A stretch of 47,131 nt of DNA from a virus (taxonomy: Duplodnaviria > Caudoviricetes), in IMG/VR virus record IMGVR_UViG_3300032040_000015, positions 1 through 47,131 of that record. One strand, written 5' to 3'. Both the position numbers and the translations under genes were made by a program. Positions 37,217 through 47,131 of the stretch are shown here, one piece after another (positions within the stretch are counted from its first letter, which is position 1; the number at the start of each line of letters is the position of its first letter). The notes under the pieces were generated by a model. The model had not been told where the DNA came from. It did not search any database and saw nothing but the letters and a program-made list of their open reading frames with translations.

Positions 37217-37987
37217 ATGACCGAGAACATCCCAGACCTCACCAACCTCGCATCCGAACCCGTCGAAGCCGACTTCGCCGACATCTTCGACGACTGGATC
37301 GGTGGCGCGACGATCGCGCAAAGGTCCGTCCAGATCTACGGCGACCCCGCCCTGTACGCCGAGTACGAGAAGCTGAATCGCCAGCTGGCGATCGAAAAGC
37401 AGGTCGCCGAAGCGGAACCGTCGCTTGGCGACAAGAAGGTCTCCAAGCTCGAGGAACAGATCACCGACCTCGCCAACCGCTGGGATGCCTCCATGTCCAT
37501 GTGGACGGTGCGGGGACTGACCTCGGAGGAGCAGACGAAGGCCACGGAGCCGATGGACGAGCCGCCAGCCGAGCCTGACGAGCCCGAGAGGCCGATCCTG
37601 CCGCGCAACGCGAACGAGCAGGCACGCAAGAACCACACCCTTGCGATGAAGGCCTACGAGGCCGAGAAGACCACCTACGACGGCGAGTTCGCGATCTATG
37701 CCCCGAAGATCAAAGCGTTCAACCGCGAACTGAACCTACACCTGGTGTCGGCCGCAGTCCTGAAGATCGAGTGGCCCGACGGCCGCGTCAAGGCCGCCGA
37801 GCTCACCGACGACTACGAAATGGTCACCCCCGCGGTCACCGTCGAGCAGCTGGCACGGTTGCGCAAGCGCCTGGGCGACCTGCAGATCGCTCGTCTCCTG
37901 CAGGCGTCGCAGCTCGCGACATTGGAGGAGCCGGAGTTGACCGCCCCTTTCTCGCAGAGCAGCTCGCAGGACGGCCAGACCTTGTAA
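37217..37987 (+). CDS. Tail assembly chaperone (gpG)
   Basis: Between tail tube and tape measure genes; GGAG RBS, ATG 37217. Confidence 0.8.
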   Translation: MTENIPDLTNLASEPVEADFADIFDDWIGGATIAQRSVQIYGDPALYAEYEKLNRQLAIEKQVAEAEPSLGDKKVSKLEEQITDLANRWDASMSMWTVRGLTSEEQTKATEPMDEPPAEPDEPERPILPRNANEQARKNHTLAMKAYEAEKTTYDGEFAIYAPKIKAFNRELNLHLVSAAVLKIEWPDGRVKAAELTDDYEMVTPAVTVEQLARLRKRLGDLQIARLLQASQLATLEEPELTAPFSQSSSQDGQTL

Positions 37988-38265
37988 CCGAGCTGAAGGC
38001 GGCGAGGGCTTGGAACCACAAGACCCCGTCGACCTTCTATGCGCTGCCCCAGCGGGAGCGCGCTCTGATGGTGGCGTTGCAGATGCACGAGCAGTCGATC
38101 CACCGGTGCGGGCACCCTGTGCAGCTGTCGATGTCGGCGGACACAGAGTTCACGCTCGAGGACGACAAGTGCTACGCCTGCGCTTTGCTCGAGGAGAACC
38201 GGAGTTCTGCTGGCGACACCGAGTCCGGTGTGTCGTGGCGGGCGGAAATCATCCGCCGGCCTTGA
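37945..38265 (+). CDS. Tail assembly chaperone -1 frameshift extension (gpGT)
   Basis: Slippery C CCT TTC at 37945..37951; -1 frame reads PFLAEQLAGRPDL...C..GHP...C.AC. Confidence 0.8.
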   Translation, partial: PFLAEQLAGRPDLVTELKAARAWNHKTPSTFYALPQRERALMVALQMHEQSIHRCGHPVQLSMSADTEFTLEDDKCYACALLEENRSSAGDTESGVSWRAEIIRRP

Positions 38266-38375
38266 TCTAGAACCAACTACATAACCGGAGTTCTGCGACA
38301 GGTGACCAAGAGTCGGGTACCGCGTGGCGCTCACCTTCATCGAATAACTAGACATTTGCCTGCCAGGAGGTTCAC

Positions 38376-41300
38376 ATGCCGTTGTCCCGGTCCGTAGCTG
38401 TGCGCCTGAAGGCGGAAATGTCGGACTTCCGCCGCGAGTGGCGCGAAGCCGGCAAAGAGGCAGACCGTGCCGGCGACAAGATCAAAGGTGCTGGCAAAAA
38501 GGCCAAGCAGACCGAGGTGCCGATCGGGCAGCTCGAGACAACTGTCGCCCGCACCACCGCCCGGTTGAAGCGCCACCGGGCCGAATGGGACGCCGTCGGT
38601 ACCTCGTTCCTTCGCTCAGGCATGCTCATCGCGGCAGCCGGCGTACTAATGACCAAGGCCGCGATGGACTGGGAGTCCCAGTGGACCGGCGTCACCAAGA
38701 CCGTCGAAGGCACACCCGCGATGTTGTCAAAGGTCGAGGCCGGGCTACGCGGCCTGGCTAAGACATTGCCGGAGTCCCACAAGAACATCGCGAAGGTTGC
38801 TGAGGCCGCAGGCCAGCTCGGCATCGCCACCGGTGACGTGGTCGAGTTCACCCGGGTGATGGTCATGCTCGGCGATACGACAGACCTGACCGCTGATGAG
38901 GCGGCGACGTCGTTGGCGCAGCTGATGAACGTCATGGGCACCGCCCCGGACAAGGTCGACGAGCTCGCCTCGACGCTGGTGTACCTGGGCAACCGTGGTG
39001 CGTCGACGGAGAAGCAGATTGTGCAGATGGCGCAACGTATCGCGTCTGCCGGTGCGATCGTTGGCCTGTCCGAGTCGGACGTGTTGGCTGTGGCGAATGC
39101 TGTGGCGTCGACCGGTATTGAGGTTGAGGCTGGCGGTTCGGCGATCTCCAAGGTCCTGATCGACATCGGCAAGGCTGTCGACTCCGGTGGCGGCGACCTA
39201 ACGAAATTCGCTGAAGTCGCAGGCATGAGCGCGACGGACTTCACCAACGCCTGGCGGTCCGACCCGGCGTCCGCGCTGGCCTCGTTCACCGAAGGCCTTG
39301 GCCAGTTGGACGAGAAGGGCCAGTCCGCGTTCGTGGCCTTGGAGCAACTCGGCCAGTCCGACGTGCGCACCACTCGTGCACTGTTGAACTTGGCGAACTC
39401 CAGTGACATGCTCCGAAACTCGCTGGCCGACGGCAACGCCGAGTGGGAGCGGAACCAGGCCCTGGTCGAAGAGGCTGGGAAGCGGTACGACACGGCTTCT
39501 GCCCGCGCTGAGATCGCGTGGAACAACATCAAGGACAACGCGATCGACGCCGGGCAGGGCATGCTCCCGGTCGTTTCCGAGATGGCTGACGCGGTCTCGG
39601 CCCTTGCTGGGGTGTTCGGGATGCTGCCTGGCCCGATCAAGGGCAGCATCGCACCGCTCGCCCTGGTGACCGGCGGCAGCCTGCTGCTCGTCGGTGGTCT
39701 GATGAAGGCGGCAGGCGCCGTCACCACGTTCAAGGCGAACCTAGCCGCGCTGGAGTTGCAGTCCCCTAGGACGGCAGGAGCGGTCGGCAAGCTGACCAAG
39801 GCAGCGGCCGGAGCTTTAGCGGTGTTCACCGCTCTCCAGATCGCAGGGAAGTTCTACGACTCCGGAGATCGCGCCGGCGTCGCGACGTACACAAGCCAGC
39901 TCCTGGACATGGGCGACGGGGCCGCGGCGGCACGGAAGTCGCTCGACAAGCTGTTCACTATCGAAGGGCCGGGCAGCGAGTTCTGGGGGCAGACCTACGC
40001 GGACATCAACGGCCTCGACGACGCAATCCGTGCACTGCAGCCGGGCAAGCTCGAGAGTCTCCAGCAGGGCCTTCAGGGCATCTTCACGGAGACCCGCAAG
40101 GAGGCGGCCGAGAAGTCGTTCGCGCAGGTCGACAAAGCCCTGACCGGACTGCTGGCGGACGGCGCCGGCGATGAGGCGGCGGGCAAGTTCCGGTCGATCT
40201 CAGCAGCGTTCGCCGATCAGGGCAAGTCCGTGAAGGATCTCGCGGCAGCCTTCCCGGGCTACTCAGATGCGCTGCAGAATCTCGAGAACGACCAGAAGCT
40301 GGCCGGCAAGTCCACAGAGGAGCTCGCGGAGAAGTCGACCTACCTCAACCAGGCCCTCGGGCGCATGGGCGGCGCTGAGGACGCCGAAAAGAAGCTCGAT
40401 CAGCTGCGTCAGTCGATCGAGGACGCCGGCGACGCGTGGACCGACGCGACGCTGCAGTTCGACGACAAGAGCACCCTGAAGTCTTGGATCTCTGACCTCG
40501 AGGAAGCAGCGCAGGCCCAGGAGAAGTGGGCCGACAACATGGTCAAGGCCGCCGCCCGCGGTGTCGATGCCGACGTCCTGTCCAAGTTGCAAGAGCAGGG
40601 CTCCGCGGCCGCTGGGGTCCTCGACGAACTGGCCAACGGGTCGCAGAAGTCGATCGACAAGGTCAACACCCTCCTCGGTTCCCTCGGATCAACCAGCAGT
40701 GTTCTCGCCGGGATTCTCGCCGAAGTCGGCGACGACATCCTTGTGCAGTTCGACGTCAAAGGCGACAAGGACGCCGTGGCGAAGGCGATGGCTGTGGCCA
40801 ACGCCACCGAACTCCCCAAGGACTACGTCCGCACCATCCTCGACGCACTGGACTGGGCCACCGACGACATCAACAAGGTGCTCGACGGCATGGACAACCT
40901 CGACGGAACTGCCGCGAATCCAACGATCCTGACCAACGACGACAGGGCGCAGGCTGCGATCCGCAGCGTGTTGGCGGGGTTGCGGGCGATCGACGGGAAG
41001 AACTGGGTCGCCAACATCATCCAGACCACTACGAAGCGCACCGTGTTCGGCGATGACCGTGGCAACGCGGCACGGGGCGGCTACACCGGGCTGCAGGTCC
41101 CGGCCGGCTACGCCGGTGGCGGCAAGGTTCCTGGCACACCGCCGGCGGACCCCCGTGTGGACAACGTGTGGGGCTACGGTGCCCGGTCCGGTGAGCCAAT
41201 CCGTGTTCGTTCCGGCGAGTGGATCGTCAACGAACCGCAGTCGCGCAAGAACGACAAGTGGTTGGGAGCGGTCAACGCTGGGCTCAACATTGACGACTTC

Positions 41301-41645
41301 ATGGCCGACCTCGCTTCATCGATCATCACCAACGGCATGCCGATCGGTTACGCCGCCGGTGGTCGCCACCCTTCGGTCATCCCCGGTTACCGAACTGGTC
41401 GCGGGACGGCTGCCAGTTCGACAGTCCTAGCTCCACGATGGGGAGCGTCGGCTGGGTGGTCCGAGTCCGCGGCCTATCGTGCCCCGGCTCCCGCGAGTGG
41501 GGCCGGCGGTCCCTCGTCCTCCACGCGCGGGTCGGCGCAGAGGACATATCAGATCAACGCCTATGCACCAACCGAGGTTGCGTCCGAGTTTGTGCGATTG
41601 ATCCGTTTCGCAGAGGGCACGAGCGCACTAGGGGCTGGCGTATGA
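38376..41645 (+). CDS. Tape measure protein (TP901 family)
   Basis: 1089 aa Ala-rich helical; V.KTV, AAGQLG, LGN..A.TE, EAGGSA.S; C-terminal A.GG motifs. Confidence 0.95.
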   Translation: MPLSRSVAVRLKAEMSDFRREWREAGKEADRAGDKIKGAGKKAKQTEVPIGQLETTVARTTARLKRHRAEWDAVGTSFLRSGMLIAAAGVLMTKAAMDWESQWTGVTKTVEGTPAMLSKVEAGLRGLAKTLPESHKNIAKVAEAAGQLGIATGDVVEFTRVMVMLGDTTDLTADEAATSLAQLMNVMGTAPDKVDELASTLVYLGNRGASTEKQIVQMAQRIASAGAIVGLSESDVLAVANAVASTGIEVEAGGSAISKVLIDIGKAVDSGGGDLTKFAEVAGMSATDFTNAWRSDPASALASFTEGLGQLDEKGQSAFVALEQLGQSDVRTTRALLNLANSSDMLRNSLADGNAEWERNQALVEEAGKRYDTASARAEIAWNNIKDNAIDAGQGMLPVVSEMADAVSALAGVFGMLPGPIKGSIAPLALVTGGSLLLVGGLMKAAGAVTTFKANLAALELQSPRTAGAVGKLTKAAAGALAVFTALQIAGKFYDSGDRAGVATYTSQLLDMGDGAAAARKSLDKLFTIEGPGSEFWGQTYADINGLDDAIRALQPGKLESLQQGLQGIFTETRKEAAEKSFAQVDKALTGLLADGAGDEAAGKFRSISAAFADQGKSVKDLAAAFPGYSDALQNLENDQKLAGKSTEELAEKSTYLNQALGRMGGAEDAEKKLDQLRQSIEDAGDAWTDATLQFDDKSTLKSWISDLEEAAQAQEKWADNMVKAAARGVDADVLSKLQEQGSAAAGVLDELANGSQKSIDKVNTLLGSLGSTSSVLAGILAEVGDDILVQFDVKGDKDAVAKAMAVANATELPKDYVRTILDALDWATDDINKVLDGMDNLDGTAANPTILTNDDRAQAAIRSVLAGLRAIDGKNWVANIIQTTTKRTVFGDDRGNAARGGYTGLQVPAGYAGGGKVPGTPPADPRVDNVWGYGARSGEPIRVRSGEWIVNEPQSRKNDKWLGAVNAGLNIDDFMADLASSIITNGMPIGYAAGGRHPSVIPGYRTGRGTAASSTVLAPRWGASAGWSESAAYRAPAPASGAGGPSSSTRGSAQRTYQINAYAPTEVASEFVRLIRFAEGTSALGAGV

Positions 41646-42493
41646 GTACGACGCTTCGGCTGGGCGAGTCCGGTATTACGCTAGGTGAGATCGATTCGCT
41701 GGGCTGTCGGTGGGGTGCGACGGGTGACGAGCCCTGGTCGCCGTCACCTGCGCCGCGCGCGAACACTGGTGATCTTGCCAACGATCACGGCTCGTGGGAT
41801 GCGACCGAGTTCTATGGGCCGCGTTCGTATGCGCTGGATGGATATATCATCGCTCCGACGCATCAGGCGTTACACCAGGCGAAGGGTCGACTGTTCGCGG
41901 CCTGTCCGATCGGGGCGTTCGAGCTGCGTGTGAGCGAGCCGGGTTTCGAACGCTTTGGCACCTTTCGTCGGAATGGTGAGGCGGTTTGGGCCGAGCTTAG
42001 TCCGATCAGCCCACCGACTGCCCGATTCTCGGTGCCGTTGATTGCTGTCGATCCGCGTATCTACGGCACGAATTCCAAGACGGCAACAACCAACTACCCG
42101 TCCACTAGTGGCGGCCTTGAGTGGTCCGCGACGTGGCCTGTGACGTGGGATGCAACGGTCACTTCTGGGCAGATGGTCTTGACGAACGAAGGCGACTCCC
42201 CCGCGCCAGTGCTGTGGCGAATCGATGGGCCGGTGACGGACCCGATGGTTGTCGATTTGGCTACGGGTGACCGAATGCGGGTCAATCTCGATATTCCGGC
42301 GGGCGACTGGATCACGATCGACACCGCCACTCATCGGGTGCTGTACCGAGGCGAACAGGGCGCGACGCGCCGCTCGAAGTGGTCGGGTCGGTGGTTGGGC
42401 GTCAATCCTGGTTCGCACCAGTTTGGGCTCAGTGCGACCACTGGTGACCCCGCCGCTGAACTCACCGCCACCTACCGCGATACATGGATTTGA
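41642..42493 (+). CDS. Distal tail (Dit)-like minor tail protein
   Basis: Follows TMP; A.DP..Y, N.GD..AP....I.GP...P. Confidence 0.85.
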   Translation: MSTTLRLGESGITLGEIDSLGCRWGATGDEPWSPSPAPRANTGDLANDHGSWDATEFYGPRSYALDGYIIAPTHQALHQAKGRLFAACPIGAFELRVSEPGFERFGTFRRNGEAVWAELSPISPPTARFSVPLIAVDPRIYGTNSKTATTNYPSTSGGLEWSATWPVTWDATVTSGQMVLTNEGDSPAPVLWRIDGPVTDPMVVDLATGDRMRVNLDIPAGDWITIDTATHRVLYRGEQGATRRSKWSGRWLGVNPGSHQFGLSATTGDPAAELTATYRDTWI

Positions 42494-42502
42494 GGATCGA
42501 AC

Positions 42503-43513
42503 ATGGCTACTGATGGAATGGTTCGCCGCTGGAACAGCGTGGCGTACAGCGGCGTGGATGAGCGTCGCCTTGACAGCGTTCTTGCGATGCCCGGGCCGTC
42601 ATCGGAGCCGTTCTCGGTGCTCGGTGGTCGCCGGGTCAACGGTGCGGGCTTGGCCGCGTCGGTGGGTACTGGTCCCGATTCGGTGACGGTCGCTGCCGGT
42701 GGCGGCATCGTCTACGACTCGACGTATGCGGCTGGCGGTGGCTGGGAGTTTGCTCTCGCCGCGTCCAAGACAGTGAATCTTGCCGCGCGCCCCGGTTCCG
42801 GGTTGTCTCGCATCGATCTTGTTATTGCTCGCATCTACGACCCGGATTCGTCGGTTGGTGCGGTCCGTGAACTGAAGATTGAGGTTGTCGCCGGCACTGC
42901 TTCCGCCTCGCCTGCTGCACCGGCCCTTCCTGCATTGTCGCTAGAACTGGCCCGATTGACCGTCCCCAACGTCGCTGCCGTCAGCTCGACGCACTCCACT
43001 GCCCGCACGGTTGCCGCTGGCGGCGTGTTGCCGGTTTCGACGACTGCCGCTCGTGACGCACTGGTCGGCGATGGGATTGCCTATCCCGGAATGGCCGTGT
43101 TCAACCAGCAGGTGGGTGCCTTGCAGGTGCGTACCGATTCGGGCTGGGACTCCTACGCCAAGGCCGAAAACACCGGCCAGGTGGCCTGTACCGCCGTCGG
43201 CGGATTTACATCCAACGTGCTGGCCCAGATCAGGGACGGCGTGCTGTTTCTCGATGGCTACTTGCAGCGTCCGTCTAGCTACTCCCCGAACCTGACGGCC
43301 TGCATCAACCTGCCCACCACGGGCGGATTTACCGGGATATCTACAAGGCTAGGTGGCAGCACTCGCTACATTGTTGCCAGCCCGCCGACGACGGGCACCG
43401 AGATTTCTGTCCGCGCCGCGATTTCGGGGCCGCAGATACTGATCGCCATGACAGCGCCCAATAGCAGCGCCATCCACGTGGGCGGCAACGCCATCCCGCT
43501 CGACGGCGCTTGA
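42503..43513 (+). CDS. Minor tail protein
   Basis: RIDLVIAR..D...V..GT....P..P.LP...L.LA motif. Confidence 0.8.
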   Translation: MATDGMVRRWNSVAYSGVDERRLDSVLAMPGPSSEPFSVLGGRRVNGAGLAASVGTGPDSVTVAAGGGIVYDSTYAAGGGWEFALAASKTVNLAARPGSGLSRIDLVIARIYDPDSSVGAVRELKIEVVAGTASASPAAPALPALSLELARLTVPNVAAVSSTHSTARTVAAGGVLPVSTTAARDALVGDGIAYPGMAVFNQQVGALQVRTDSGWDSYAKAENTGQVACTAVGGFTSNVLAQIRDGVLFLDGYLQRPSSYSPNLTACINLPTTGGFTGISTRLGGSTRYIVASPPTTGTEISVRAAISGPQILIAMTAPNSSAIHVGGNAIPLDGA

Positions 43514-43514
43514 G

Positions 43515-44597
43515 ATGACGCTGACCTGGTATGTCGCGGATCTCAAGAGCGGCGAGGTTCTTGAAGAACTGCCACTCGTGGTCACGTCACCGCTCGAACG
43601 AACGGTGGGCGCCGCGCGGACTTGCGCTGTCAGACTGCCCGTCACGTCCGCGACCTGCCCGCCCGATTGGGCGAACCTGCTCATTGGTGGCCGCACGATG
43701 CTGGTTCCGGTCAATGATGGGACACCCATTGCTGGCTACCTGCTGACCAGCGCCGAAGCGGGCGGGCCGGAGGTTCCGATCGGGCTGACCACGCTTGAGG
43801 CCATCCTTGATGCCGACTATTGCCCCGCGCTCGACTTTGTTCAGACCGACGAGTCGCAAGTTCTGGCAGACCTTGTAAACGATCGCCTTGCCACGCAGTT
43901 TGGATTGACGGTCGACGTCACGGATTGCGGCAAGGTTTCGGACCACACCTACTACGCCACAGAGGATCGGCGTATCGGTTCTGCCGCTACGGAGCTGATG
44001 TCTGGTGGTGGTCCCGAGTGGATGGTTCGGGTCGAGTGGGAAGACGCCGACCGCACCCGCTTTCGCAAGGTGTTGCAGATCGCTCCCGAGGTTGGTCGGC
44101 GCATTGAGGCGACGGTGTTCTCTGATGAGCACGTGTCGAGTCGCAAGCGTCCACGCAATTGGGGGCCGGAGAAGTACGCCACGGGTATCCAGGCCACAGG
44201 TGACGGTTCGGGCGACTCCCGACCGATCAGCGAACTGGTCACCGACGATGCCGCGCTCGCTGCCGGTAGTCCCTTGTGGGTGGATCGGGTGGAGGCTTCT
44301 GCGATCGACGGCGGGCCCGATCTTGCCGAGTATGCGGCTGCCGTGTTGCAGCGTCGTAGGTATGGGTTGCAGACGTGGGAGTTGGAACTTGCTACTGGAC
44401 CGGATTCGACCCCGCGCGTTGGTGTCGATTTCGATGCTGGCGACACAGTGACGATGCAACTGGGTCCGACTCGCTGGGATTCGGCCGCGTGGAATGGTCC
44501 GGCTCGTATTCAGGGTTGGCGGGCAAGCGTGCAGGACAACAAGTTGATTTCGATGACGCCAGTGTTTTGGCAGCCAACCGATCAGGGAGTGAGTTGA
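43515..44597 (+). CDS. Minor tail (Tal/hub-like) protein
   Basis: DL..G....ELP, GPEW, G.DF..GD.V...RI.GW. Confidence 0.8.
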   Translation: MTLTWYVADLKSGEVLEELPLVVTSPLERTVGAARTCAVRLPVTSATCPPDWANLLIGGRTMLVPVNDGTPIAGYLLTSAEAGGPEVPIGLTTLEAILDADYCPALDFVQTDESQVLADLVNDRLATQFGLTVDVTDCGKVSDHTYYATEDRRIGSAATELMSGGGPEWMVRVEWEDADRTRFRKVLQIAPEVGRRIEATVFSDEHVSSRKRPRNWGPEKYATGIQATGDGSGDSRPISELVTDDAALAAGSPLWVDRVEASAIDGGPDLAEYAAAVLQRRRYGLQTWELELATGPDSTPRVGVDFDAGDTVTMQLGPTRWDSAAWNGPARIQGWRASVQDNKLISMTPVFWQPTDQGVS

Positions 44598-44600
44598 GTG

Positions 44601-47131
44601 ATGGAGCCAATGCGGTCTAGTAGTCCTCTTGCGCGTCTCGCGCAGTCGGAGCGAGAGAACCGTCGACTGCGCGATGAGTCGCATTCGTCGGCCCGTGCGC
44701 TGGGTAACTCCACGATCAGTCGCGGCGTCTTGGTTGTTGAGGAAGACGGCTCGATCGTTTCAGACAGCACCACCGTTGGCACACGAATCGTCGAGGGCCG
44801 TGTCGAGGTTCGTCAGTCGCCTGAGGATGAGTGGATTCCGATCTTAGATCCCAGCAACCTCCCCGACCCCACCGACGGGCTACCGCCTACCACGGCCCCG
44901 GTGCCGGTGGCCTTGCCGTTTGCGGTGGGTGCGGTGCAGGTGTCTTGGCCAGATATCTCCAACCCAGACCCCGTCCTTGGGTATGAGGTTGCGGCGAAGT
45001 CGACCACTCCCGTTCCCACTGACGGTTCGGCTACCCTTCCGGGCCTGAGAGGTTCTGGAACGACGCTCTCAGAACTATCTGGCGTTGACGTTCCCACAGA
45101 CGGTTCCCCGGTGTACGTGACGGTCCGCGCTGTTGACGCCGATGGTCCGGGTCCGTGGTCCGTTGAGGTGTCTGCGGCTGCTCAGGTGGTCGACTTCGAG
45201 CAGGTGTCGCAGGCGATCAAAGACTCCATCATCGCCGCTGATGATAAGGCGATTGCCGCTCAGGGTGACGCGACGACAGCCATCACGGATGCTCTTGCCG
45301 CTGCTAACGCTGCCGCTACTGCTGACGGTAAGGCTGTCTCGGCTGATAGTAAGGCAGTAACTGCTGATGGAAAGGCTGTCGCTGCTCAGACTGATGCGGA
45401 TCAGGCAATTGCTGACGCGCTCGCTGCTGCTGCTGCCGCGCAGACTGCGCAGAATGTGGCCGACGATGCGATCCGAACGTGGTATCAGGCGACCGCACCT
45501 ACGGGTCTGAACGACACGACTGATCTTGGCGATCTGTGGTTCGACACCGACGACAATCAGGCGTATCGGTGGGGTGGGTCTGGCCCCGGCTGGATTCTGA
45601 TTCAGGATAATGCCATCTCCGTGGCATTGGCGAATGCTGCTACTGCGCAGGACGCAGCGGACGCGGCGCAGGCCAAGGCTGATGCTGCTGCGACCCCCGC
45701 GAACGTCGAGGCTGCGCGTATTGCCGCTGAGGCTGCTGCCGCGCTCGACGCGACCACAAAGGCTGAGGCTGTGAAGGCTGAGGCGTTGGCTGCGACCGCT
45801 GCGGTGGGCGGTGTGGAGATCGGCCCGTCCGCCCCGGTTCCAGAGGTTGAGCATAGATGGACTGACACGGCTGACGCTTCGACGTCGGAGAAGTTGCTCG
45901 ACGGTGTGGTCACGCGCACGAACATCGGCACCAACCCGCGTTTGGGTGTGAACGCAACGGGGTGGTATGGAAGTGGTGGCACACGGGTTGCTCAGGGTGC
46001 GGGGTGGGCGTTTCAGGTAGACGGGTCCGCTGCCTACCCGGCTACACCGACGAGCGCGGGCACCGTGGGGCAGTTCTGGTCCGGGTCTGTTGTTGTTTCT
46101 GGACCGGCCGGGCGAACCGTGAATGTCTATATCACCAGCGATGGTGGTGCCACGCATGGCAGCACAACCACCGCCGTCGTCCTGACGGGCACCCCGCAGA
46201 CCGTGGCTCTGACGTCCAGCGGCGGCGCCAGTGGCACCGGGCCGCGTGCTTTCGTGTACCCCACCGCGACTGGTGGCGCGTGGACTGCCGGGCAGATGCT
46301 GACCGCCACGGACGCGCTAATCGAACAGGTGAGTGGGGTAGGGGTTGCTGCTGGCGACTACTTCGACGGTGCCACGCCGGACGAACTAACCAAACGGCTC
46401 TGGATCGACACGACACTGATTGGATCTCCTGCCACACCCGGCAACGTTCCGAAACGGTGGGACGGATCCACATGGGTCGCCGCGACCGACAAGGTAGCCG
46501 TGGACGCCGCCGCTGCTGCTGCGACGGCTGATGCGAAAGCGGTAACTGCAGACGGTAAGGCCACCGATGCCCAGTCCACCGCAGACGCCGCCGAGACGCC
46601 CACTGGCGCTCAGACGAAGGCAACGGCTGCTCAGACTGCGGCAATCAACGCCGCTGCCACGGATGCCACCACGAAGGCGAACAACGCTGAGGCTGCCGCT
46701 GAGGCTGCCGCTGCGATCACCGCACAGGCCAAGGCTGACCTTGCCAAGAGTCAGGCCATCGACTCAGCCGCGAGTACCGCTCAGACGAAGGCGGACGTAG
46801 CGAAGGACGAAGCGATCGCTGATGCGGCTATCGCAGCGCAGACGAAGGCCGACGACGCCCGTGACGCGGCGATCAGCGATGCGGTTGCCAAGGTCGCTGC
46901 TGCCAAGTCTCAGGCCATCGCTGCGGCGAAGGTCGAGTCGGACAAGAAGGGCAAGGTCATCATCCAGTCCGCAGCACCGGATGCCGCCGACCGGCTCGTG
47001 CAGAACCTCTGGATCGACACCACTGGCGGCGCGAACACTCCCAAGCGGTGGACCTCAGGCACAACATGGACGGCCGTAACCGACAAGGCTGCCACCGACG
47101 CTGCCGCCGCTGCTGTGGTCGCGAAGGACGC
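44601..47131 (+). CDS. Tail fibre / host-specificity protein, N-terminal part (3'-partial, absent from ORF track)
   Basis: Open frame from ATG 44601 to window end: FN3-like (VSW...GYEV...VRAVD..G.GPWS), Ala-rich coils, GDLWFDTDD and LWIDTT..W repeats, carbohydrate-binding-like insert (RTN...NP...YFDG). Confidence 0.85.
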   Translation, partial: MEPMRSSSPLARLAQSERENRRLRDESHSSARALGNSTISRGVLVVEEDGSIVSDSTTVGTRIVEGRVEVRQSPEDEWIPILDPSNLPDPTDGLPPTTAPVPVALPFAVGAVQVSWPDISNPDPVLGYEVAAKSTTPVPTDGSATLPGLRGSGTTLSELSGVDVPTDGSPVYVTVRAVDADGPGPWSVEVSAAAQVVDFEQVSQAIKDSIIAADDKAIAAQGDATTAITDALAAANAAATADGKAVSADSKAVTADGKAVAAQTDADQAIADALAAAAAAQTAQNVADDAIRTWYQATAPTGLNDTTDLGDLWFDTDDNQAYRWGGSGPGWILIQDNAISVALANAATAQDAADAAQAKADAAATPANVEAARIAAEAAAALDATTKAEAVKAEALAATAAVGGVEIGPSAPVPEVEHRWTDTADASTSEKLLDGVVTRTNIGTNPRLGVNATGWYGSGGTRVAQGAGWAFQVDGSAAYPATPTSAGTVGQFWSGSVVVSGPAGRTVNVYITSDGGATHGSTTTAVVLTGTPQTVALTSSGGASGTGPRAFVYPTATGGAWTAGQMLTATDALIEQVSGVGVAAGDYFDGATPDELTKRLWIDTTLIGSPATPGNVPKRWDGSTWVAATDKVAVDAAAAAATADAKAVTADGKATDAQSTADAAETPTGAQTKATAAQTAAINAAATDATTKANNAEAAAEAAAAITAQAKADLAKSQAIDSAASTAQTKADVAKDEAIADAAIAAQTKADDARDAAISDAVAKVAAAKSQAIAAAKVESDKKGKVIIQSAAPDAADRLVQNLWIDTTGGANTPKRWTSGTTWTAVTDKAATDAAAAAVVAKD

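Larger units (their letters stand above)
1..47131. mobile_element. Temperate actinobacteriophage (siphovirus morphotype), near-complete circularly permuted genome
   Basis: Full set of head, tail, lysis, immunity/integration and replication modules; no host genes; ends overlap within one gene. Confidence 0.95.

Noticed and set aside
46857-47131. True direct terminal repeat of the virion DNA
   Set aside because: Falls inside a tail fibre gene, the copies differ internally, and the exact part is 127 nt, consistent with an assembly overlap
44601-47131. Diversity-generating retroelement or invertase shufflon acting on the tail fibre
   Set aside because: No reverse transcriptase or invertase gene recognised; repeat differences are not adenine-specific and include an indel; no inverted cassettes

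Overview
The window is an essentially complete genome of a temperate, high-GC actinobacterial siphovirus. No host genes were seen; the host is Actinomycetota by gene content and the genus cannot be determined. The contig is opened inside a tail fibre/host-specificity gene (44601..end continues into 1..1386), and the two ends carry non-identical versions of the same repeat module. Gene order: lysis (1433-4089), small leftward accessory genes, serine integrase, lipoprotein, ImmA/IrrE-type metallopeptidase and repressor / Cro switch (4156-8312), early recombination and replication genes (SMC-like ATPase, PD-(D/E)XK exonuclease, Gp3-like protein, DnaQ-like exonuclease, J-domain protein, RuvC-like resolvase, helicase; 8570-21093), an iteron-like repeat cluster, a displaced TerS-like gene with an array of small genes, HNH, TerL, portal, MuF, protease/scaffold, capsid, head-tail and tail genes (26941-47131). 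Most notable: (1) three TGTCG[G/C/T]-N10-[T/C]AnnnT promoters resembling the PafBC/RecA-NDp box, in front of the anti-repressor protease and two accessory genes, suggesting a LexA-independent DNA-damage induction circuit; (2) a ~200-nt densely structured, probably pseudoknotted non-coding element in the head module; (3) an endolysin fused to a C-terminal EEP phosphoesterase domain; (4) a twice-occurring leader hairpin motif; (5) mosaic repeat variants in the tail fibre. All product calls come from motif and synteny recognition by eye; no database search was run.
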